A stretch of 64,000 nt of DNA from an uncultured Burkholderiales bacterium (GTDB lineage Bacteria; Vulcanimicrobiota; Xenobia; Xenobiales; JADMJV01): the NCBI GenBank assembly GCA_964649085.1, contig CAZYPN010000014.1:78-64077 (forward strand). The letters run 5' to 3'. Position 1 is the stretch's first letter, and each line of letters starts with the position of its first letter. Shown one piece after another: positions 16,684-24,211 of the stretch. The notes under the pieces are model-generated. The model searched no databases. It was not told the origin of the DNA and worked only from the letters and a program-made list of their open reading frames with translations. Position numbers and translations under genes: made by a program.

Positions 16684-18630
16684 ATGTCTCTGGTCCTGGC
16701 TGCCCTGGTGCTCAGCGTTCTGGTCGTCCGACTGCCGGGTCCGAGTTGCTTTTCGGCGGCAACTCCCCTCTGGCTCTGGAGCGATTCACCCTGGCATTGC
16801 CTGGGCGGACTGACCCTGATGGTTGTCTGTCAACGGCTGATGGGCATCCACGGACGTCAGGGCTGGCTCGACCCGCTGGCCGGGCTGGTCGGTTTGTCGG
16901 TGCGCGAACTGGGGCCCTTGCTCTGGCTCAGTCCCCACTGGAGAGTGGCCGGGGTCGTCAGTTACCTGCTGCTGGTGGTTCATCTGCGCTGGCGCTGGTC
17001 GGCGCCGGGAGCCGAGCGGGTCAGCTACCTCAGGTTGCAGCGTCCGCTGCGCCGCCTCCACGCGGTCACGGCCCTGGCCGTGCTGGCCTGGCAGGAGCCC
17101 CTGTCGTTGAGCCTGCTGCCCTTGCTGCTCAGCAGTCACTGGGCGGCCGCCAATGAACGATTCCGGGTGCAGGCCCAAATCGATGAAGAACTGCTCGCCA
17201 TGCAGGGCGAGTTGCGCCAGCTCACCGAGCAGCGTGCCGAGCTGCTGGCCACCGAACAGCAACGGCTCTGGCTCGAGCGACTCAGCCACGAGGTCGAGGC
17301 GGTTTCCCAGGTCGAGGACTGGCTCTTGGCGCTGGAAAAGGCACTGGCCCCCTTGCGGGTGGAGTTGCTTCAGTTTGCGGCCACGCGGTTGGGCGAGCCG
17401 CTTTGGGAGCCCGCCCGTCTCAGCCTGCCGCTGCAGCCCGGCCTGACCCTGGAAGTAACCCGCCAGGTGGGTCGCTTCGACACCGCCGAAGTGCGCGCCG
17501 TGGTCTATGCGGTGCGGCGTGCCTGGCCAGCTCTGGGGCGGTTCCTGGAGCAGCGCAAGGTGGGACAGCTCCAGGCCTTGCTCCACACCGGCCAGCGTCT
17601 GACCTCGACGCTGGCCATGGAGGCCCTGTTGCAGGTGCTTCCCGAGGTCTGCTCGTCGCTGGTCGACCATCGTTGGGGTCTGTTGTGTACGGCCCAGGGT
17701 CATTTGCTCGGCCACTGGGGGGAGGCCCTTCCCGGCAGTTCTCGCGAACTGGCCCAGAGGGCTTTGCACAGCGGCGCGCCCTTGCTGCAGGCTTCAATGC
17801 TGGCCTTCCCCCTCGGCCAGCAACCGGCTGTGGGTGCGCTGGTGCTGGGCCTGCCTCAGCCCGCCAGCAGCGAACAGCAGCAGGTGCTGGAGGTTCTGGC
17901 CCAGCAGGTGCTGGCGGCCTGGTTACGCGCTCAGGCCCTGGAACAACTGCGTCAGGCTCAGCAGCAGCTGGTATTAAGCGGCAAAATGATCGCCGTGGGT
18001 GGGCTGGCGGCCGGGGTGGCCCACGAACTCAACAGTCCGCTGGGAGCCATCGCCCTGATGGTCGATTCGGCCTTGCGTCAGCTGGACCGGCCCGAGCAGG
18101 CGCGTTCCAAGCTGGAACGCGCCCAGCAGGCTTGTGAGCGTGCCAGGCTCATTGTTCAGCGACTGCTGGAAGAGGCCCGTCACCCGGGCCCGCTGGTTCA
18201 ACCCTTCCGACTCGACGATTGTCTGCGCGAGGGGCTGCCCTTTGTCGAGGAGCAGTTAAATCGGGCAGGGGTCGAGTTGGTCACCTGCTGGAGCCAGAAC
18301 CCCACCATGCAGGGGCAGTCGAGCACGGTCCAGCAGGTGATGATCAACCTGCTGCTCAACGCTGCCGAGGCCGTGGGCCCTGGGGGACGCATCGAACTGG
18401 CCACCCATTCCTGGGGCTTTAGCGTCAGTGACTGGGGCCCGGGCATTCCCGAAGAGGTGGCCGAGCGGATTTTCGAGCCCTTCTTTACCACTCGCTCCGG
18501 TGGCAACGGTCTGGGGTTGTGGATCTGCCAGGATCTGCTGCGTCAGCAGCAGGGAACGATTCGCCTGGTGCAGGGCCATCCCACCCGCTTCGAGGTTCAC
18601 TTGATGTCGGCAGCGTCGGGCAGGCCGTGA
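16684..18630 (+). CDS. Membrane sensor histidine kinase
   Basis: The start is taken at MSLVLAALVLSVLVV (ATG at 16684), giving several N-terminal TM helices. The H-box is AAGVAHELNSPLGAI. The N and G boxes are NLLLNAAEA and SVSDWGPGIP..GNGLGL. The upstream part of the track ORF overlaps the divergent gene and is rejected. Confidence 0.8.
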   Translation: MSLVLAALVLSVLVVRLPGPSCFSAATPLWLWSDSPWHCLGGLTLMVVCQRLMGIHGRQGWLDPLAGLVGLSVRELGPLLWLSPHWRVAGVVSYLLLVVHLRWRWSAPGAERVSYLRLQRPLRRLHAVTALAVLAWQEPLSLSLLPLLLSSHWAAANERFRVQAQIDEELLAMQGELRQLTEQRAELLATEQQRLWLERLSHEVEAVSQVEDWLLALEKALAPLRVELLQFAATRLGEPLWEPARLSLPLQPGLTLEVTRQVGRFDTAEVRAVVYAVRRAWPALGRFLEQRKVGQLQALLHTGQRLTSTLAMEALLQVLPEVCSSLVDHRWGLLCTAQGHLLGHWGEALPGSSRELAQRALHSGAPLLQASMLAFPLGQQPAVGALVLGLPQPASSEQQQVLEVLAQQVLAAWLRAQALEQLRQAQQQLVLSGKMIAVGGLAAGVAHELNSPLGAIALMVDSALRQLDRPEQARSKLERAQQACERARLIVQRLLEEARHPGPLVQPFRLDDCLREGLPFVEEQLNRAGVELVTCWSQNPTMQGQSSTVQQVMINLLLNAAEAVGPGGRIELATHSWGFSVSDWGPGIPEEVAERIFEPFFTTRSGGNGLGLWICQDLLRQQQGTIRLVQGHPTRFEVHLMSAASGRP

Positions 18631-20762
18631 CGGGCCCGAAGCATCACCTCGAGTAGCTCCAGGCCGGGTTCGATAGCGTATTCCTGTCGCAGCATTTTTT
18701 CACAACGAGCGAACTGACGAAGAACTTCTTCGGGTTGCCCCTGGCCCAGGTGGGCTCTCATCTTCCAAAGATGAGCCTCCTGCTGATGAGGCGCCAGCTC
18801 CAGCCAGCGGCGCGCATACTCCAGGGCCTCGGCATACTCGCGGCGCTGGCACAGCAGTGCACAGATTCGTGCCAGACTGCGCAGGCACAGCGATTCCAGC
18901 TCTTCGCGGCGGCGCAGGGCCCAGTCCATGAAGCAGCCTTCCAGATAGGGCGCTCGGTAGGATTGAGCTGCTCGGCGCAGATGAAAGAGCGCATCGTCGC
19001 CGTTCTCTGTTTCCAGGCCGCGCTGAGCCGCGCGCACGAAGACTTCGTGGTCACACCAGTGGGGCAGTTCCCAGTTGAAGCTGAGTCGTTCCTGCTGGCG
19101 TACGATGGTTTCCGGTCCCTCCTGGCTGCGTCCCAGCGAGCGTCGCACGTAGGACAGCCCCGAGTACAGGTTGCGTTTGCCACGCACGGCGTCCTCGGGC
19201 CAGAACTCTTCGAGCAGCTGCTCTTCGTGCACGCTCTGACCGGGATGACGCAGCAGGTAGGCCAGCAAGAGCTTGTTCTTTTGGGTCTTCCATAGAGCCT
19301 CAGAGATGGGCGCTTCTCCCAGCTGCACCTGGAATACGCCCAGGCTAAAAAATCGATAGAGGGGGGGCACTCCAGGCGGCGCCGAGCCGTCGCTCAGCCC
19401 CAGGGCCTCGACGATCTTGGGCTCGGCCCCGTGCTGGCGGATGTATTTGAGCACCGCCTCGGAATGTAACTGGAGCAACGGTTGCAACCCTGGCTGGGGG
19501 AACAGTCCAAGCAGTTCTGGCAAAAGCCAGCGGGCCGCCAGTTGCGATTCGCTCCAGTAGACCGGGTCACAGAGCACTTCCAGCGCCTGCTCAACCCACT
19601 GGCCCTGGCCCAGAGCCAGGACCACCAGGGCCTGAGGACCGCGTAAACCCAGGCGTTTCGACCAGGTCGACACCGACTCCAGGGCGCTGCGACCCTCGGC
19701 GACGCCCGCTCGCCACAGCAGCAGCGCAGATTCGCAGGCGGCCAACGAGGCGCTGAGGGGGCCCAGAGCCATGGCCAGCTGGTAGGCCTGGCGGGCCCGG
19801 TCGACAGCCCCGCGCACATCGCTGCGCCGCCAATCCAGCGTGGCCAGAGCCAGACTGGCTCCCAGTCGGGTGGTGGGCTCCTCCAGGGCACGTTCGTAGG
19901 CCAGACGAGCGGCCTCGACGTCGCCCCCCGCCGCCAGCGTGTGGCCCAGGGCCAACATCCCCACCCCGGGGTGTCGGGGCTGGCCGGGTTCGGCCAGACT
20001 GGAGGGGTAGGCCAGCCAGATCGATGGGTCGCGGGGGGGCAGTTGGCTCTGCAGGCTGCTGGCCGAGGGCAGCTCAGGATTGGCCAGGCCGGCCGCCGTC
20101 CAACAGGCCAGCCCCAGCCACTGGAGGGGCTCCTGGCTCTCGGGCCAGCCCCGCATCCAGGGCGGAACGGGTTGGGGAGGCTCCACTCCGGGCAGCTCGC
20201 AAGCCGCCCGCAGCAAGGTCAGCCGGGCGGCCACCTCCTGACCGTCGGGGTCGTAGCCGAGCCGGGCCGACCAGCGACGGGCCAGTTCGCAGGCCAATCG
20301 CAGAGCACCCCTGGGGGCCGCCAGGGCCTGGCTGTCGAGCACCTGTAGCAGCAGTTCCAGGGCCCAGTGGTCGGGGTCGTGATCCTGAGGGCGTCGGCGG
20401 CGCTGCAAGGTGGTGCGGACGGCCTGCAGAAACTGCTCGAACGAAAAGGGCTTTTTGAGGTAGGCGCCGACGTTGAGTTCTACGGCTCGCAGCGTCTCGG
20501 CCTCCGAGGCCCAGCCGCTGACCACCATGCTGCCCATGTCGGGTTGCTGCTGCTTCAGGGCCTCAATGGTGTCAAGACCTGACATTCCCTCCATCCGAAT
20601 ATCCGACACCAGCAGGTCGAACTGCATCTGGGCGGCCAGTTCCACGGCTTCGATGCCGCGCGCAGCCGTGTGCACCTGATAGCCTTCATCGCGCAGCACC
20701 TCGGCCAGGGCTTCCCGCATATCGGGATCGTCTTCCAGGATCAGCACACACTCGGACACCAC
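18597..20762 (-). CDS. Response-regulator receiver domain + helical middle region + winged-helix/BTAD (SARP-type) output
   Basis: REC: VLILEDDPDMREAL..DLLVSDIRMEGMSG..KKPF. C-terminus: LGVFQVQLGE..WKTQKNKLLLAYLL..EQLLEEFWPE.. then BTAD-like ..HLRRAAQSYRAPYLEG..LELAPHQQEAHLWKMRAHLGQGQPEEVLRQFARCEKMLRQEYAIEP. The start may be one of the GTGs at 20762/20759/20747. Confidence 0.75.
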   Translation of the reverse strand: MVSECVLILEDDPDMREALAEVLRDEGYQVHTAARGIEAVELAAQMQFDLLVSDIRMEGMSGLDTIEALKQQQPDMGSMVVSGWASEAETLRAVELNVGAYLKKPFSFEQFLQAVRTTLQRRRRPQDHDPDHWALELLLQVLDSQALAAPRGALRLACELARRWSARLGYDPDGQEVAARLTLLRAACELPGVEPPQPVPPWMRGWPESQEPLQWLGLACWTAAGLANPELPSASSLQSQLPPRDPSIWLAYPSSLAEPGQPRHPGVGMLALGHTLAAGGDVEAARLAYERALEEPTTRLGASLALATLDWRRSDVRGAVDRARQAYQLAMALGPLSASLAACESALLLWRAGVAEGRSALESVSTWSKRLGLRGPQALVVLALGQGQWVEQALEVLCDPVYWSESQLAARWLLPELLGLFPQPGLQPLLQLHSEAVLKYIRQHGAEPKIVEALGLSDGSAPPGVPPLYRFFSLGVFQVQLGEAPISEALWKTQKNKLLLAYLLRHPGQSVHEEQLLEEFWPEDAVRGKRNLYSGLSYVRRSLGRSQEGPETIVRQQERLSFNWELPHWCDHEVFVRAAQRGLETENGDDALFHLRRAAQSYRAPYLEGCFMDWALRRREELESLCLRSLARICALLCQRREYAEALEYARRWLELAPHQQEAHLWKMRAHLGQGQPEEVLRQFARCEKMLRQEYAIEPGLELLEVMLRARHGLPDAADIK

Positions 20763-20764
20763 GA

Positions 20765-21574
20765 GTGTTTCCGTCGAGGAGAATCAGGACCCTGCAAGAA
20801 AAACCTGCGGTGGGGAGACGCGCCCTGACCCTGCTGGAAACCATGTTGGCCCTGGGTATTTTGCTCAGTGGTCTGGTGGGCATTCTTGCCCTGCTACAAG
20901 CGGGCCTGGTGCACTCCAGGCGAAGTCAGCAGGAGCTGGAGCTCAGTTTACTCGCTCGCCGCTTGCTGGATCAGCGCCTGGAACAGTTAAGAGATGCCGC
21001 GGCTTATCAGGCATTGTCCCCAGGCCTTGGCAGCTGGACCCAGGCCGAAGATGGTGTCGAGGCTCGTTGGCGTGTGCTCGCCCACAACCTCTATTCACCA
21101 GGTGCCGCGCTGGAAGGCGCCTTCCCCCCAGGCGACCAGAGGGTCATTCCGGGTTCGGTCAAGCGCCTCGAGTTGGAGCTGCGCACCGGGTCCAGTCGCC
21201 TGCGCTGGTGGGCCTCGGTTACCGAGCCCTTGCGCAGCTGGTCGACTTCTCAACCCTTGCTGCTCACAATGACGTCCGGCCTGGTGCCGGTGCCCAAAGA
21301 CGCTGAGCTGGAGTTTCGGGTTCGCTGCCAGGGCAGTGATGGTCGAGACCTGGAAGGGGTGATGGTTTCCTGGTCCGTGATTCCGGTAACCGGAGTGGGA
21401 ACGCTGGTGCGGGTGGCCCGCGATGGAAGTTCGGCCACCTTCAAGAACGTCACCCGGCGTAAGAACGGCTCCCCTCGCCACAGCGGAGGGGTGTGCTACC
21501 TTGAGGCTCAGGCCCGCTACGCAGGCGAGTTGCGCTCGGTGCGTTCGGCACCGATTGTTCTGGTGGGCCCTTGA
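20765..21574 (+). CDS. Pseudopilin / minor pilin with a prepilin-type N-terminal domain
   Basis: ..[28 protein letters not shown] (E at +5). The likelier start is the GTG at 20810 (MGRRALTLLE), which leaves room for a divergent promoter. Confidence 0.65.
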   Translation: MFPSRRIRTLQEKPAVGRRALTLLETMLALGILLSGLVGILALLQAGLVHSRRSQQELELSLLARRLLDQRLEQLRDAAAYQALSPGLGSWTQAEDGVEARWRVLAHNLYSPGAALEGAFPPGDQRVIPGSVKRLELELRTGSSRLRWWASVTEPLRSWSTSQPLLLTMTSGLVPVPKDAELEFRVRCQGSDGRDLEGVMVSWSVIPVTGVGTLVRVARDGSSATFKNVTRRKNGSPRHSGGVCYLEAQARYAGELRSVRSAPIVLVGP

Positions 21575-22053
21575 AGCGCGGTTTCACCTTGCTGGAAAGC
21601 CTGATCGCCAGTTGCACGCTGGGGCTGGCGATGACCATGCTGATGATGCTGGTGCATCAATATTTGCGGGTGGCCGGCCAGAGTCAGGAGCAGCTGCTGG
21701 CCCTGGCGCCCCGGCTCAAGCTGGTCGAGATAGCCGAAGAGTCCCGGCTGGCTCTGGAAGTGAGCGAGCCCCTGGTGGGTGTCTCCAGTTCCCGATTGGT
21801 TCTGCAGCGCTTGCGCCCGGCCGCACCGCCGCTGATCGGCAACGACCCCTGGCCAGCCAGCCGGCAGATGACGGTGGCCTTTCGACTTGTCGGTGAGGAA
21901 CTCTGGCGCGAATGGGAGTGGGCCGGTCAGGCTTCGCAAAAAGAGTTGGTCGTCTCGGGTTGCCGAGAGTTCCGAGTTGGCCAGCCCCAGGCCGGGCGGC
22001 TCAACCTGCAGTTGAACGGGTTTCAGGAGGAGGTGCGGCTGTGGCGTCAGTAG
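21571..22053 (+). CDS. Pseudopilin with the canonical G-FTLLES prepilin motif
   Basis: MKRG-FTLLESLIASCTLGLAMTMLMML. The TTG start overlaps the upstream TGA (TTGA). Confidence 0.75.
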   Translation: MKRGFTLLESLIASCTLGLAMTMLMMLVHQYLRVAGQSQEQLLALAPRLKLVEIAEESRLALEVSEPLVGVSSSRLVLQRLRPAAPPLIGNDPWPASRQMTVAFRLVGEELWREWEWAGQASQKELVVSGCREFRVGQPQAGRLNLQLNGFQEEVRLWRQ

Positions 22054-22508
22054 CCTCGCGCGGCATGGCTCTGGTAGGGGTGCTCCTCACGCTGAGCCTG
22101 CTGCTGGTGTTGGCGCTGGCTTACCTCGGCGAGCAGCTTCATCGATACCGGTCGGGCAATGCTCTCAAGCATCGCTTGCTGGCCCAGCAGTTGGCCGAGT
22201 TGGGCTGGCGCGAAACCCGGATGAAGCTGTTGAAAGATAGCCAGTTCCCTCCCCCCGCCGATCCCGAACAGAGCGTCTTCACCTTTAGCGAGCCCGTGTT
22301 CGATGCGCAGGGGCAGCGGCAGGGTCTGTATCACGTGCACATCAACCGCCAGTATGCTCACCAGGAGAAGCTGCTACAGATTCAGATCGAAGGCGAGGCT
22401 GCAGCAGACCGACTCAGCCTGGCCCGCTACCGCCTGAGCATCGAATGGGACCTGGCCTGGCCTCCCCGTCGCACGTTCCGCGGGGTCGTGGTCGATTCGG
22501 GCTTCTGA
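22041..22508 (+). CDS. GspK/PilX-like minor pseudopilin (short)
   Basis: ..SRGMALVGVLLTLSLLLVLALAYL.. matches the GspK-type N-terminus (no Glu at +5). The start is either the GTG at 22041 or the ATG at 22065. Confidence 0.5.
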   Translation: MASVASRGMALVGVLLTLSLLLVLALAYLGEQLHRYRSGNALKHRLLAQQLAELGWRETRMKLLKDSQFPPPADPEQSVFTFSEPVFDAQGQRQGLYHVHINRQYAHQEKLLQIQIEGEAAADRLSLARYRLSIEWDLAWPPRRTFRGVVVDSGF

Positions 22509-23581
22509 TGAAACCGGTTGGTCGCGAGGATGACCTATGGATGTCTCAGGTGCGCCCTCCGCTTCGCGACTTGTCGCTGGGTTTGCGCCAGTTGAGCCTG
22601 ATGCTGCAGGCCGGAGTTCACCTGATGCGGGCTCTGGAGGCGCTTACTCAGCAGCCGGATAGTCCCGAACTGGCCGAGCTCTGGTGGACGGTACAGGGCA
22701 CGGTCGGGCGGGGGGCCTCTCTCAGTCAGGCGCTGGCCCCCTTCAGTCGCTGCTTTTCCCGTCAGACGGTGCATCTGGTTCAGGTGGGCGAGCGTAGCGG
22801 CAGTCTGGTGGCGGTGTTGGGCCGGCTGGCCGACCATTTCGAGCGCGAAGACGATCTGCGTCGGCGTCTGTTGTCGGCCATGGCCTATCCTCTGGTCGTA
22901 CTGCTGGTCTCGGCTCTTGTCAGCGGAGGTTTGCTGCGATTTGTCCTGCCTCCGTTTCTCGATTCGCTGCTCTCGCTGAAGCTGCAGCTCCCCTGGCCGA
23001 CCCGCATCCTGTTGTTGCTCAGCGCCGGAATTCGGCATCCCTGGTGGCTGGCCGCGATGGCGCTGGGTCTCTGGCTCGGCCGCACCCGCTGGCAGGGCTG
23101 GTTGAGCGGCCCCTGGATATACCGGCTGGCCCAGGGTGTGCCCCTGCTGAATCGCTGCCTGCGCAACTGTGCTACCTTGCGCATGGCACGGGCGGCATCA
23201 CTGCTGTTGGCCGGGGGAGGGGAGGTGCTCAGGTCGTGGCAACTGGCCTTGAGGTCGAGCGGTGACCCCCGGGTCGAGCAGCTCTTTGACGGCTTAAAGA
23301 AGCAGTTGCTGGCGGGGGGAGAGCCCAGTGCCTTTTTCGCCCGCCAGCGAAGGCTGGTGTCCCCGCTTTTCGCGGCCGTGCTGGAAGTGGGCGAGAACAC
23401 CGGAAAAACCAGCTATTTGCTCGATCGGTTGTCGCAGCTGCTGGAAGAAGAGCTCGACCATCAACTCACGTTGCTCACGGCCCTTCTCCAGCCCACGCTG
23501 CTGCTGCTGGTGTCGTTTTCAACCCTCTTCGTCATTCTCGGCCTGTTCTTGCCGCTGTATGCTCAGCTCAGCAACCTCTAA
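22508..23581 (+). CDS. Type II secretion / type IV pilus platform protein (GspF/PilC family)
   Basis: Two T2SS-F repeats: ..LGLRQLSLMLQAGVHLMRALEAL..VGERSGSL.. and ..MARAASLLLAGGGEVLRSWQ..VGENTGK... There are three TM segments. The ATG at 22508 overlaps the upstream stop (TGATG). Confidence 0.8.
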   Translation: MKPVGREDDLWMSQVRPPLRDLSLGLRQLSLMLQAGVHLMRALEALTQQPDSPELAELWWTVQGTVGRGASLSQALAPFSRCFSRQTVHLVQVGERSGSLVAVLGRLADHFEREDDLRRRLLSAMAYPLVVLLVSALVSGGLLRFVLPPFLDSLLSLKLQLPWPTRILLLLSAGIRHPWWLAAMALGLWLGRTRWQGWLSGPWIYRLAQGVPLLNRCLRNCATLRMARAASLLLAGGGEVLRSWQLALRSSGDPRVEQLFDGLKKQLLAGGEPSAFFARQRRLVSPLFAAVLEVGENTGKTSYLLDRLSQLLEEELDHQLTLLTALLQPTLLLLVSFSTLFVILGLFLPLYAQLSNL

Positions 23582-24162
23582 TCCAGCTTGAGGTCGCGAT
23601 ACCACACGGTTTGCACCAGATCGTCGCCGTCTCCGACAAGGCCGTTGGCCCCGGCACTGCGCAGCCAGAATCCCTGCCAGTCGTGCTCAAAACGGTAAGG
23701 GCGTCCCCAATAGTCATAGCCCGGTGGGTTCGGGTTGGCTTTGGAGGGACGGTCGCGCAAAAAACCGTCGGGCGAGGGGGGCAAGCTGGCGTGAGTGAGA
23801 TAATAGCGACGCAGTTCGCGCATCATCATCGTCATTTCCAGGCCCGTCTTCATCTGCAACACCTGGTTGTCGATCCAGAGTTTGAATGGCCGATGCAGAG
23901 TGGCCAGAGCGATCAGTGCGAACAGGGCCACGGCCAGGCTGACCCAGCGCCAGATTTTCCAACGTAAGTGAGGAAATCGAACACGGATCTTCTTGGGTTT
24001 GGGCACCGGTCCCGCCACCCAGTCTCGGCGATATTCCTCAATGCGATCGATCATCGCCTTGATTTTCTCTGCCTCCGGGCCGCCAATCCTGTGTTGACTG
24101 GCTCCAATTGGCAACAGGTTCTTTACCTGGTTCACAATTCGGCAACGCCATTCCCGGGACAA
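23578..24162 (-). CDS. Membrane-anchored protein with a GspG (major pseudopilin) C-terminal-like domain but no prepilin leader
   Basis: ..RELRRYYLTHASLPPSPDGFL..GYDYWGRPYRFEHDWQGFWLRSAGANGLVGDGDDL.. fits the T2SS-G pattern (Y..G.lP, DPWG.PY, SlGaDG..G..DD). The N-terminus has about 70 cytoplasmic residues plus the TM helix WVSLAVALFALIALATL in place of G-FTLxE. Confidence 0.55.
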   Translation of the reverse strand: MSREWRCRIVNQVKNLLPIGASQHRIGGPEAEKIKAMIDRIEEYRRDWVAGPVPKPKKIRVRFPHLRWKIWRWVSLAVALFALIALATLHRPFKLWIDNQVLQMKTGLEMTMMMRELRRYYLTHASLPPSPDGFLRDRPSKANPNPPGYDYWGRPYRFEHDWQGFWLRSAGANGLVGDGDDLVQTVWYRDLKLD

Positions 24163-24211
24163 CCGCCGCTTCAGGCTTTACTCTCAAGAAAGAGAGAAGG
24201 GAGGGTCGGCA

